From an uncultured delta proteobacterium (GTDB lineage Bacteria; Desulfobacterota; Syntrophobacteria; BM002): a DNA stretch of 64,000 nt. The position numbers were made by a program, and so were the translations under genes. Positions within the stretch are counted from its first letter, which is position 1, and every line of letters starts with the position of its first letter. The notes under the pieces were generated by a model, which worked only from the letters and a program-made list of their open reading frames with translations, was not told where the DNA came from and did no database searches. Positions 1 to 8,839 of the stretch are shown here, one piece after another. The stretch lies in NCBI GenBank assembly GCA_963712115.1, contig CAVQGX010000032.1:107761-171760 (forward strand), written 5' to 3'.

Positions 1-1398
1 CAGCGCCAAACCCTCCTCGAAATGCGGAGCCATTATCTGCAAGCCAATGGGTAACCCCTCACTGGTAAATCCGCATGGAACAGAAATGCCTGGAATGCCG
101 GCCAGACTGGCTGGCAGGGTAAAGACATCGGAGAGATACATCTGCAATGGGTCGTCCACCTTCTCCCCCAGCGGGAATGCCGCAGTAGGTGCCACCGGAG
201 TAACCAGCACCTGGCACTGTTTAAAAACTTCCAGGAAATCTTGGCGGATCAGGGTGCGCACCTGCAAGGCTTTCTTGTAATAGGCGTCGTAGTAGCCAGC
301 TGACAACACATAGGTTCCAAGCATGATTCTCCTTTTTACCTCGGCGCCAAAACCCTCCGATCGGCTTCTTCGGTACATCTCCATTAGGGTCTTGCCTTCC
401 TTGTCGCGATGGCCGTATTTCACCCCGTCGTAGCGTGCTAGGTTGGAACTGGCTTCTGCCGGAGCGATGATGTAGTAGGCTGCTACCCCATATTCGGTAT
501 GGGGAAGGGAGACCTCGATGGACTTTGCACCCAGCCCCTCCAAGGTCCTGATACCATCCCGGACAGCCTGCTCCACCTCCGGATCCAGCCCTTCGAGGAA
601 GTACTCACGGGGGATTCCAAAGGTGATGCCATTCAGTCCTTGCACCAGGCTCTGGGCGTAGTCCGGAACCTCCTTGGGAACTGAGGTAGAATCACCCTGA
701 TCATAACCTGCGATTACCTGCAACAGCAAAGCAGCGTCTCTGACATCTTTGGTAATGGGACCGATTTGATCGAGGGAAGAGGCAAAGGCCACTAAGCCAT
801 ATCGGGACACACGCCCATAAGTAGGCTTAAAACCTACCACCCCGCAATGTGAGGCAGGCTGTCGTATTGACCCTCCTGTATCCGATCCTACAGCTGCTAT
901 GCACTCATCTGCTGCTACAGCTGCTGCTGAACCGCCGCTGGAACCACCCGGTATGTATTTCAGATTCCAAGGGTTTCGCGTCGGCCCGAAAGCCGAATTC
1001 TCATTTGAGGATCCCATGGCAAATTCGTCCATGTTGGTTTTACCCAAAAGGATACCACCCGCCTCTTTAAGCTTCAGAGCAACGGTGGCGTCGTAGGGTG
1101 GCACAAAATTGGCCAGGATGTTTGAACCGCAACTGGTGCGAATTCCCTTGGTACAGATCACATCCTTCACGGCCAATGGCACTCCGGCCAGAGGTTTTGT
1201 CTTATCGTCAAAACCCCGTTTATCCCAGCCTCGTGCCTCCTCCATTGCCATCTCTTCAGCAAGGGATAAATAGGCAGCAACCATGGGCTCCAACTTCTTG
1301 ATCCGTTCGTAGATGGAACCTGTCACCTCTGCCGCGGTAGTCTCTCCCTGATCCAATAGTTTACGAAGTTCGTGTATTGTCAATTCATATAGCTGCAT
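1..1398 (-). CDS. gatA: Asp-tRNA(Asn)/Glu-tRNA(Gln) amidotransferase subunit A (runs off the left edge of the window)
   Basis: Manual translation from the ATG at 1398 gives [15 protein letters not shown]...[26 protein letters not shown]...[14 protein letters not shown]...[16 protein letters not shown] (amidase signature). It lies downstream of gatC. It is absent from the ORF track because it has no stop in the window. Confidence 0.95.
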   Translation of the reverse strand, partial: MQLYELTIHELRKLLDQGETTAAEVTGSIYERIKKLEPMVAAYLSLAEEMAMEEARGWDKRGFDDKTKPLAGVPLAVKDVICTKGIRTSCGSNILANFVPPYDATVALKLKEAGGILLGKTNMDEFAMGSSNENSAFGPTRNPWNLKYIPGGSSGGSAAAVAADECIAAVGSDTGGSIRQPASHCGVVGFKPTYGRVSRYGLVAFASSLDQIGPITKDVRDAALLLQVIAGYDQGDSTSVPKEVPDYAQSLVQGLNGITFGIPREYFLEGLDPEVEQAVRDGIRTLEGLGAKSIEVSLPHTEYGVAAYYIIAPAEASSNLARYDGVKYGHRDKEGKTLMEMYRRSRSEGFGAEVKRRIMLGTYVLSAGYYDAYYKKALQVRTLIRQDFLEVFKQCQVLVTPVAPTAAFPLGEKVDDPLQMYLSDVFTLPASLAGIPGISVPCGFTSEGLPIGLQIMAPHFEEGLAL

Positions 1399-1680
1399 GG
1401 TTAGCCTCTACCACACGGTGTAACTAAAGTATGGCGAATCGCTCCCGGATCATCGACTATGCACTAAGCACTAGGCACTTATAATAAGAAAATTTAACCG
1501 CTTGAAATAAAAAGTTGAATTATTCCCTTATTAGAAATTACTTTAAATAAATTATTTGAAAATTGGAGACTTAAGCTGGACATTCGGAACCTGGATCGTT
1601 GAGCTTCTAACTGGTCTTCTTGAGTAGTGCTTAGTGGTTATTCCCAAGTGCATAGTGGGCAAGGCCCCAATCCCTTTGCC

Positions 1681-1965
1681 CTAAATGACCCGGGGTACGA
1701 CAAACTGCGCCTCATTTGCCTCTGGAGCATTGTCAAGTGTTTGCTCTCTGGGCAAAGACTCCTTGACAGCATCAGCCCGAAAAGCGTTGTGCAGATCAAC
1801 CACGTGAGAGGTAGGATCGACCCCCATGGTATCCAGCTCGTTGAGCTTTTCCATATAGAGCAAAATCTTGTTCATCTGCTCTGTGAGGTTCTCTTTCTCC
1901 TCGGAGCTGATCTGCAAACGAGCAAGTCGCGCAACGTGTTCTACCTCTGCAATCGTAATTTTCAT
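1681..1965 (-). CDS. gatC: Amidotransferase subunit C
   Basis: MKITIAEVEHVARLARL...LNELDT.GV.PT.H...FVVPRVI; upstream of gatA. Confidence 0.95.
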   Translation of the reverse strand: MKITIAEVEHVARLARLQISSEEKENLTEQMNKILLYMEKLNELDTMGVDPTSHVVDLHNAFRADAVKESLPREQTLDNAPEANEAQFVVPRVI

Positions 1966-2154
1966 TTATATTTACCCAATATGTCAAATGCCTAAAATGT
2001 CTAAAGTGAGGTAAAGTGCCTAAAATTTCTAAAGAACTAAAGATGTGGGATGTGCGATGTGGGAAAACCGGTTGAGCAAATTAGCCTAGCAGAACTCTCA
2101 TATCCCTTATCTCATATCCACACATCCCATATCTTTAAATTTCGCAATTCGAAA

Positions 2155-2196
2155 TTGTCCTTCGGACTCCCACCCTTCGGGCGGGTTCCCGGTTTC
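2155..2196 (+). repeat. Short dispersed REP-like element, copy 1 (inverted copy at 42992-43034)
   Basis: TTGTCCTTCGGACTCCCACCCTTCGGGCGGGTTCCCGGTTTC matches the reverse complement of 42992-43034 apart from one extra C. Confidence 0.85.
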
Positions 2197-2308
2197 GCAA
2201 TTTAAAATTATAATCTCTGACCTCTTAGTTCTGCCGGCTGTCTGCTGTCTGCTGCCCGCCGCGCCCCCGAGTCTCCGCATGATCGCGTCTTTCAACAGGC
2301 ACTACTCC

Positions 2309-4414
2309 TCACTGGTTGGCCGAGGACACGGGTGAGTCTGGGACGGAAGAAGCTTCTCCTGGCGATGAAAATCCGTCCCTGCTGAAATATTCCAGATATT
2401 TCCGCCGCTGTTGGCGTAACATCTCAAAATCCACCTGGATCTCCTCCATCCGCCTCCGGTAAATAGTAATTAGAAAAGGGGGCTTGCTCACCTCTCCATC
2501 TGGGCCGACCGAGGCAGTACCCGCCACTCCAGGCAAAGCCTGTATTCGCAGGAGAGAATCACGGAGCATAGGTCGAGATGTCACCCCGGGCTGACGGAGG
2601 GCCTCCATAAGCAAGCGCATAGTATCATACGCCTGTGCCTCAGGGTACCCGGGCTTTCCCCCGAAAGTCTCCTCATAGCTCTGGACGAACTGGCTGGTGA
2701 GAGGTAGGCCGCTTCCTGAAAAAAAACCATCCACGAAAACAGCGTCCTGAAGATAGGGTGCGGCCATCTCGACTAGCTTTTGAGAATTCCACAGGTTCGT
2801 ACCCAACAGTTTCACACCTGTGACGTCGTGATATGCCAACTGGGGGGCAATCAGGCCCACCTGACTGTAGGCATCTGGGATAAAGATAGCATCAAAGTCC
2901 ACAATGGGAATCTCCTCTTCTTCAAGATCTCCGGGTGCTTCTCCCTTCAAGCCTGCTGACGAGCTTTCGCTAGCCTTCACTCCTTCTGTTCCATCGGTGG
3001 TTTCACCCTCGGGTCGAGGGTAGTAAAGACCAACCAGCTTTTTAATCTGGTCGGCAAAATCTGTCTGAGAGGGATCATAGGTTTCGATCCCTCTTACCTC
3101 AGCGCCCAACCGCTCCAGTTCATCCCAAAAGAGGTTCATTAATCTTGTGCCGTAACTGTCAGCAGGATAAAGAATGGCAAAACGTTTGTAATCAAGGCCA
3201 AGTACAGCATACTCCACCAGTGCCCTTGTCTGTTCCTCATTGCTGAGAAAGTAGCGGAATACGTAGTTACCAATGTGGCTTATACCCTCCTTTTGGGTGA
3301 GAGTAATTATGGGAACCCAGAGTTTCTGTGCTTCCTCAGCAGCCGCCTCAGCAGCAACCCGGCTTAGAGGCCCAATAATGGCAGCAACCTTGTTATCCAG
3401 AACAAGATCACGCACTGCAGCCACGGCAAGATCTGGGTCGCCACCACTATCTTTGATAATCAACTGAATATCTCCACGGTTATTCTTGAAGTCCTGGGCT
3501 GCCATTACTAGCCCCCGCAAAATCCTATCACCATAGGATTGATAGCGACCACTCAGAGGCAGTACGCAGCCGACAGCGGTCATATCAACTTTCAGCCACT
3601 CTTCAACTTTTTCGCTCATCCCTTTCCAGGTATCGACAAGTGGATGGTCAGGCAATCTCTCGATTAGTGCCTGTAATTGCTCTTGCGCCATACCAAACCG
3701 CCCACTCTCCATGTCTATTTCCACCAGACGGGTCTGCAGTTGAAGATTGGGAAAGGTGTCTGGATACTCAGCTACCAGCGCGTCTACTTCGTCTCTACCG
3801 AGGTGCTTTAGGACGATGTCCACCTTCGCAGCCAGAAAGATATGTTTGTCTTCCTCGGCGAGTTCGTATGACTTGACGTACCACTTTACTGCCTTGGCAT
3901 AGTTGAGTCGGGCCGCCTCAGCGTCACCCACAACTTCGGCAGCCACTGCTTTTTGAGATTTCTCAGGTAAATATTTTGTCAGAGACCTCCCGGTCTCCAC
4001 CGCGTCATTGAAACGTTCCAGCTTGAGATAGCAACGAAGCAGCCAGAGACGTGCCTCATCCCCCTCCGGCCTGACGGGGAACTCATTTATCACTTGTTGA
4101 AACCAGGAAGCAGCCTTTACGTAACTCTCCAAACGATAGTCAATTTCTCCTTGTCGAAGCAAGGCCCTCGCTGCCTGGGGACTTCGCGGAAAGGCCATAG
4201 CAAGCTCCCGGTACCGCTGGGATGCCTCCTCCAGGTTGCCCTCCTTAAAAACCTCTTCTGCCATAGCCAGCTTCTGTAGGGCCTCTTCATCGCCTACCTC
4301 AACTGGAGCCTTCACTGCTACCTCTTTTCTTGGCGGTAACAATGCACAGCCCATTAGAATGAATGGCAATAGCCAGAGAACCAATCCCCGGAAGATTTCT
4401 GCCCTAGAGTTCAT
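2309..4414 (-). CDS. LpoA-like lipoprotein (N-terminal TPR repeats plus periplasmic-binding-protein-like domain); putative penicillin-binding protein activator
   Basis: Lipobox LMGC, TPR-like helices, then VGCVLPLSG.Y...G, IIGPL, DFDAIFIPD, LLGTNLW, AQAYD. Confidence 0.75.
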   Translation of the reverse strand: MNSRAEIFRGLVLWLLPFILMGCALLPPRKEVAVKAPVEVGDEEALQKLAMAEEVFKEGNLEEASQRYRELAMAFPRSPQAARALLRQGEIDYRLESYVKAASWFQQVINEFPVRPEGDEARLWLLRCYLKLERFNDAVETGRSLTKYLPEKSQKAVAAEVVGDAEAARLNYAKAVKWYVKSYELAEEDKHIFLAAKVDIVLKHLGRDEVDALVAEYPDTFPNLQLQTRLVEIDMESGRFGMAQEQLQALIERLPDHPLVDTWKGMSEKVEEWLKVDMTAVGCVLPLSGRYQSYGDRILRGLVMAAQDFKNNRGDIQLIIKDSGGDPDLAVAAVRDLVLDNKVAAIIGPLSRVAAEAAAEEAQKLWVPIITLTQKEGISHIGNYVFRYFLSNEEQTRALVEYAVLGLDYKRFAILYPADSYGTRLMNLFWDELERLGAEVRGIETYDPSQTDFADQIKKLVGLYYPRPEGETTDGTEGVKASESSSAGLKGEAPGDLEEEEIPIVDFDAIFIPDAYSQVGLIAPQLAYHDVTGVKLLGTNLWNSQKLVEMAAPYLQDAVFVDGFFSGSGLPLTSQFVQSYEETFGGKPGYPEAQAYDTMRLLMEALRQPGVTSRPMLRDSLLRIQALPGVAGTASVGPDGEVSKPPFLITIYRRRMEEIQVDFEMLRQQRRKYLEYFSRDGFSSPGEASSVPDSPVSSANQ

Positions 4415-4486
4415 GTCCTTTTCACCGACCTCTCGTCTGGTAGCGCGGAGCGCTGTGCCCTTTGCGTTCTCCTTTGTGCACCTAAC

Positions 4487-4535
4487 AAAAAAAGGGTGCC
4501 TAACCTCACAAAACGAGGTCTTTGTAGCACCCTTT
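4487..4535 (-). terminator. Intrinsic terminator downstream of dnaK
   Basis: Minus strand: AAGGGTGC...GCACCCTT stem with an internal hairpin, followed by a T run. Confidence 0.7.
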
Positions 4536-4564
4536 GGCGGAATTAAGCAAGTGCCTATTGCCGA

Positions 4565-6487
4565 TTACTTCTTATCTTCGTCAACCTCCTCAAATTCTGC
4601 TTCCACCACTTCTTCCTCACTACCAGCAGCGCCAGAGGCGGCCTCACCCGGCTGTTGCTGAGCCTCCCCTTCCCTAGCTTTGGTTGCCTGCTGATACATC
4701 GCCTCCGCCACTTTATGAGAGGCCTGCATAAGTTCCTCTGAGCCCCGTTTAATGGCTTCGGCATCATCTCCTTCCATCGCGGTCTTAAGCTTTTGAACAT
4801 GCTCCTCTATGTTCTGCTTGGTAGCTCCGTCAACCTTGTCTCCCATTTCTCTTAGAGTTTTCTCAGTGTGATAAATCAGGGAGTCGGCATTGTTCTTGGC
4901 CTCAACCAACTCTCTCTTTTTCTTGTCCTCATCGGCATGCATTTCCGCTTCCTTGACAGCCTGCTTGATCTCCTCCTCACTCAAGCCACTGGAAGCGGTT
5001 ATGCGGATTGACTGCTCTTTGCCCGTTCCCAGATCCTTAGCCGAGACGTTCACAATGCCATTTGCATCGATGTCGAAGGTCACCTCGATCTGTGGGATTC
5101 CCCTTGGTGCCGGCGGAATGCCTACCAATTCAAAGCGGCCCAAGGTCTTGTTGTTGGCTGCCATCTCCCTTTCTCCCTGCAGCACATGGATAGAGACAGC
5201 CGGTTGATTGTCAGCAGCCGTGGAAAAGATCTGGCTCTTGCGAGTTGGGATGGTGGTGTTCTTCTCGATGAGCTTAGTCATCACTCCGCCAAGGGTCTCA
5301 ATTCCCAGCGACAGGGGGGTAACGTCCAGAAGCAGGACATCCTTGACGTCGCCTTTCAGCACACCGGCTTGAATGGCAGCCCCTACGCCAACCACCTCGT
5401 CAGGGTTCACTCCCTTGTGTGGCTCCTTGCCGAAGAACTCTTTTACCTTTTGCTGTACCCGCGGCACTCGGGTCATGCCGCCTACCAGTATGACTTCATC
5501 AATATCGGAAGTTTTCAAACCCGCATCTTTGAGGGCGGTTTGCATGGGGGGTAGCAACTTTTCAATAAGGTCTTCCACCATCGCTTCCAGTTTGGATCTG
5601 GTCAATTTTATGTTCAGGTGCTTTGGACCGCTGGCGTCGGCGGTGACAAAGGGCAGATTGATCTCGGTTTCCATGGAGGTGGAAAGTTCCATTTTTGCCT
5701 TCTCCGCAGCCTCCTTCAACCGCTGAAGCGCCATCTTGTCACTTCGCAAGTCGATCCCCTGGTCCTTGCGGAACTCATCCGCCAGCCAATCGATGATCCT
5801 CTGGTCAAAGTCCTCGCCACCCAGGTGGGTGTCACCATTTGTTGCCTTTACCTCGAAGACGCCTTCGCCAATCTCCAGAATAGAAATATCATAAGTTCCG
5901 CCACCCAGGTCAAAGACTGCAATCTTCTCGTCTATTTTCTTGTCTAGACCGTAGGCCAGTGAAGCTGCCGTGGGCTCGTTAATGATCCTCAGGACGTTCA
6001 GTCCGGCAATTTTCCCTGCATCCTTGGTGGCCTGGCGCTGACTGTCGTTGAAGTAAGCAGGTACGGTAATCACAGCATCAGTCACTTTCTCTCCCAGGTA
6101 GTCTTCAGCGGTCTGCTTCATCTTCTGTAAAACCATGGCCGAGATCTCCGCCGGGCTGTACTCCTTACCTCGAATCTCAATATGGGCATCTCCATTTTTG
6201 GCCTTAATAATTTTATAAGGACAAACTGTGATGTCTTGCTTTACCTCGGCGGAATCGTATTTTCTACCTATCAAGCGTTTGACTGCATAGACGGTATTTT
6301 CTGGATTGGTGATGGCCTGCCGTTTTGCCACCTGACCCAAAAGACGTTCACCACTCTCGGTGAAAGCTACAATAGAGGGGGTCGTGCGGCTTCCTTCGGC
6401 ATTTGTGAGGACCTTGGCCTCTTTTCCTTCCATCACCGCAACGACTGAGTTTGTGGTCCCCAAATCAATGCCGATAATTTTTCCCAT
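4565..6487 (-). CDS. dnaK: Chaperone DnaK (Hsp70)
   Basis: [44 protein letters not shown]. Confidence 0.99.
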   Translation of the reverse strand: MGKIIGIDLGTTNSVVAVMEGKEAKVLTNAEGSRTTPSIVAFTESGERLLGQVAKRQAITNPENTVYAVKRLIGRKYDSAEVKQDITVCPYKIIKAKNGDAHIEIRGKEYSPAEISAMVLQKMKQTAEDYLGEKVTDAVITVPAYFNDSQRQATKDAGKIAGLNVLRIINEPTAASLAYGLDKKIDEKIAVFDLGGGTYDISILEIGEGVFEVKATNGDTHLGGEDFDQRIIDWLADEFRKDQGIDLRSDKMALQRLKEAAEKAKMELSTSMETEINLPFVTADASGPKHLNIKLTRSKLEAMVEDLIEKLLPPMQTALKDAGLKTSDIDEVILVGGMTRVPRVQQKVKEFFGKEPHKGVNPDEVVGVGAAIQAGVLKGDVKDVLLLDVTPLSLGIETLGGVMTKLIEKNTTIPTRKSQIFSTAADNQPAVSIHVLQGEREMAANNKTLGRFELVGIPPAPRGIPQIEVTFDIDANGIVNVSAKDLGTGKEQSIRITASSGLSEEEIKQAVKEAEMHADEDKKKRELVEAKNNADSLIYHTEKTLREMGDKVDGATKQNIEEHVQKLKTAMEGDDAEAIKRGSEELMQASHKVAEAMYQQATKAREGEAQQQPGEAASGAAGSEEEVVEAEFEEVDEDKK

Positions 6488-6544
6488 TTTTTTCCTCCTT
6501 AATCTCCCATCCCGAATTTGGTTTCTTAGTCATGCCCCGCCTTA

Positions 6545-7249
6545 CTAAGCCTTTCTTACTGGTATTTTTACCTCGCCACTTTTTGCTCTCTTAGTCTCGG
6601 TGGGGTTTTGATCTCTTGTATCTCTTTCCGCCTCACTGGCTTGCTTGGACACAATTACCATGGCTGGTCGTAACAAACGTTCTTTGAGCATGTAACCTTT
6701 TTGAAGCTCCTTCAGCACAGTGTTGGGCTCCACTTTTGAACTTTCCTCCTGAGACACAGCTTCGTGGAAGTTGGGGTCAAAGGTTTTTCCTATCGCCTCT
6801 AATACGGTACAGCCAAGTCTAGCCAGGGCGTCAATGAAAACCTTGAGGGTCATGTTCAGACCCTCCACCAAACCCTCCTGATTAGGTGCGTCTGCTGAGT
6901 GTTGGAGGGCTCGTTCTAGGTTGTCTATCACTGGAAGCAGTTCGCGCATAAAGGTTTCGTTGGCGTAGCGAGTTTGCTCTTCTTTTTCTCGCTGCAGCCT
7001 TTTTTTGAAATTTTCAGCATCAGCAGCAGTGCGAAGTACCCGCTCCTCAGCTTGCTCAAGTCGACCCTCCAATTCCTTGATTTTCGACAGAAGACCATCC
7101 CTGTCAGCAGTCTCAGGGTCGAAAAACTCCTCTGCTTCCACTGCAGCTTTAGCTCTATCATCTTTCTCAGAAGTAACTTCCACCTGCTGCCCTTGCTCTT
7201 CCTCATCTTTTTCCTGAGGCTTTGCTGTTCGCTCTTTGTCCGAAACCAC
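6545..7249 (-). CDS. grpE: Nucleotide exchange factor GrpE
   Basis: ADAENFKKR, LLPVIDNLERAL, FDPNFHEA, QKGY.L.ERLLRPAMV.V; between hrcA and dnaK. Confidence 0.97.
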   Translation of the reverse strand: MVSDKERTAKPQEKDEEEQGQQVEVTSEKDDRAKAAVEAEEFFDPETADRDGLLSKIKELEGRLEQAEERVLRTAADAENFKKRLQREKEEQTRYANETFMRELLPVIDNLERALQHSADAPNQEGLVEGLNMTLKVFIDALARLGCTVLEAIGKTFDPNFHEAVSQEESSKVEPNTVLKELQKGYMLKERLLRPAMVIVSKQASEAERDTRDQNPTETKRAKSGEVKIPVRKA

Positions 7250-7314
7250 CCTGCATCCTCCATATGCTTCTATTAATAACGATTAGCGCTCAGTCAAGAC
7301 CCTCTGCCTTTATT

Positions 7315-7346
7315 ACAAAACAAAGCTCCCCAAAAAATTAGGGAGC
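7315..7346 (-). terminator. Possible stem-loop or terminator between hrcA and grpE
   Basis: Minus strand: GCTCCC-loop-GGGAGC followed by TTTGTTTTG. Confidence 0.5.
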
Positions 7347-7377
7347 CAGTAAAAAAAATAGAATTTTTTAATTAAAT

Positions 7378-8421
7378 TTAGAGAGTTTCTTCCAACATTT
7401 TGCTCAAGAGTTTGGCAGTGTAGTCCACTAAAGGAATAATCCGAGAATAGTCCATTCTAGTCGGGCCAATCACGCCGAGAGTGCCCAGAATTTCATCGCC
7501 GCTCGCATAAGGAGAAGTAATAAAGCTCACACTTTCCATGTCCAGCAACTCACTTTCAGAGCCAATAAAAATGTTTACTCCCCCAGCCGACATACTTTTG
7601 TCCAAGAGATCTATTATCCTACTCTTTTCCTCAAAAGCATCAAAGATGCGCCTCATCTGCACAACGTCAGCAAATTCTGGATTATCCAGGAGATTGGTCC
7701 TGCCTTCTATGTAGATCTCGCTATCTTCTATGTTCTCCTGCAAAGCTTTCTGACTTAATTCCAAGGCCTTGGAGAGTAAGCGTTCAAATAGCACTTTTTC
7801 CTTTTTCATCTCGTCCAGAAGCCGCGCCTTAACTTGATGGAGAGTAAGATCCTGTAGCATATCATTGAGATAACGGCTGTACTTATCCAGCTCCTCCTGG
7901 GAAATATCTCCATCGATCTCGAAAATCGTGTTGTGCACGATCCCGGCCTGAGAAACCAGAATGGTCATGACCATCTTTGCCCTCAGACGGACGAACTCAA
8001 TCCGCTTGAACACCGTCAGAGATAGTCGAGGTGTCAAGACCACACCAGCCTGATTGGAAAAGGATGAAAGAACCTTGGAGGTTTCTTTTAGCAACCCCTC
8101 AACCCGAGCCACTCCGCCTTTATAGGATCTCCTGATCCTTTCTCGATCTGCGTTGCTGAGTTGTTTTATTTTTAGGATCGAGTCTATATAGACCCTGAGG
8201 CCGAGCTCGGTGGGAATCCTGCCAGCCGAAGTATGAGGTTGATAAAGCAGACCGAGTTCCTCAAGGTCTGCCATGACATTACGGATTGTTGCCGGGCTAA
8301 CGTTCAAGCCGTAGCGTTTAGCTATAGCTCTGGACCCCACCGGCACACCACCGTTTATGTACTCGAGGATAATTGCCTCAAGTACTCGTCGAGTTCTTTC
8401 TCCCCGCACTAATTGTTTCAT
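7378..8421 (-). CDS. hrcA: Heat-inducible transcription repressor HrcA
   Basis: PVGSR.I, SPATIRNVMADLEELGLL.QPHTSAGRIPT, GVIGPTRMDY. Confidence 0.98.
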   Translation of the reverse strand: MKQLVRGERTRRVLEAIILEYINGGVPVGSRAIAKRYGLNVSPATIRNVMADLEELGLLYQPHTSAGRIPTELGLRVYIDSILKIKQLSNADRERIRRSYKGGVARVEGLLKETSKVLSSFSNQAGVVLTPRLSLTVFKRIEFVRLRAKMVMTILVSQAGIVHNTIFEIDGDISQEELDKYSRYLNDMLQDLTLHQVKARLLDEMKKEKVLFERLLSKALELSQKALQENIEDSEIYIEGRTNLLDNPEFADVVQMRRIFDAFEEKSRIIDLLDKSMSAGGVNIFIGSESELLDMESVSFITSPYASGDEILGTLGVIGPTRMDYSRIIPLVDYTAKLLSKMLEETL

Positions 8422-8433
8422 GGCCGCTTTATA

Positions 8434-8460
8434 TTAGCACTCATGTCTAAGGAGTGCTAA
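8434..8460. promoter_or_regulatory. CIRCE element (HrcA operator)
   Basis: Perfect TTAGCACTC-N9-GAGTGCTAA, 12 bp upstream of the hrcA start. Confidence 0.97.
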
Positions 8461-8462
8461 GG

Positions 8463-8491
8463 AAATTAGCAATCGGTCGATCCTTTGTCAA
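8463..8491 (-). promoter_or_regulatory. Sigma-70 promoter of hrcA-grpE-dnaK
   Basis: Minus strand: TTGACA-N17-TAATTT immediately upstream of CIRCE. Confidence 0.75.
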
Positions 8492-8553
8492 GACTCAAAT
8501 AGTGCGCATCTGGGCAAATACATAAGGTTGAACTTAGTTTCTCCATTAGCCCC

Positions 8554-8593
8554 AAAAAAAAGACCGTCTGGACGGGGCCACATCCAGGCGGTC
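8554..8593 (-). terminator. Intrinsic terminator
   Basis: GACCGCCTGGAT-GTGGCCCC-GTCCAGACGGTC followed by T8. Confidence 0.85.
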
Positions 8594-8672
8594 GGAGAAA
8601 GGAGAAAAAGAGTTGAAGAGTCAAGAAGGCAGGGCTTTCATCATTATGTTAACCTTACCATCCTTACTCGTT
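8554..8672 (-). ncRNA. Candidate sigma-54-dependent small RNA (~120 nt, CU-rich seed, own terminator)
   Basis: Bounded by a -24/-12 promoter (8684-8699) and an intrinsic terminator (8554-8593). Contains CUCUUUUUCUCCUUUCUCC and only a 7-codon ORF. Confidence 0.55.
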
Positions 8673-8683
8673 TCTACAATGAT

Positions 8684-8699
8684 AGCAAATTCCTTGCCA
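8684..8699 (-). promoter_or_regulatory. Sigma-54 (-24/-12) promoter
   Basis: Minus strand TGGCAAGGAATTTGCT = GG-N10-GC with TTGC. Confidence 0.7.
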
Positions 8700-8795
8700 T
8701 TGCAACCCGTGGATTGCATATTTATATCATATTGAAAAAGCTAATATTTTTTTTACTACTATCTACAACTTTTTAAATTAACTACCTGTGGAATG

Positions 8796-8839
8796 CATAA
8801 TCAGGACATAATCCGGACATAATCCGGACATAATCCGGA
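8796..8839. repeat. 4 x 11-bp tandem repeat CATAATCCGGA (candidate enhancer/UAS)
   Basis: cataatcagga cataatccgga cataatccgga cataatccgga, abutting the regulator stop codon. Confidence 0.9.

Noticed and set aside
2107-2295. 62-aa ORF, and similar short ORFs over repeats or MITEs (19512-19733, 22338-22722, 34885-35139, 62555-62791)
   Set aside because: Translations of repeat arrays or MITE DNA; no RBS or family features.
8796-8839. Tandem repeats as a CRISPR array
   Set aside because: 11-bp units without spacers and no cas genes; no CRISPR array was seen anywhere in the window.
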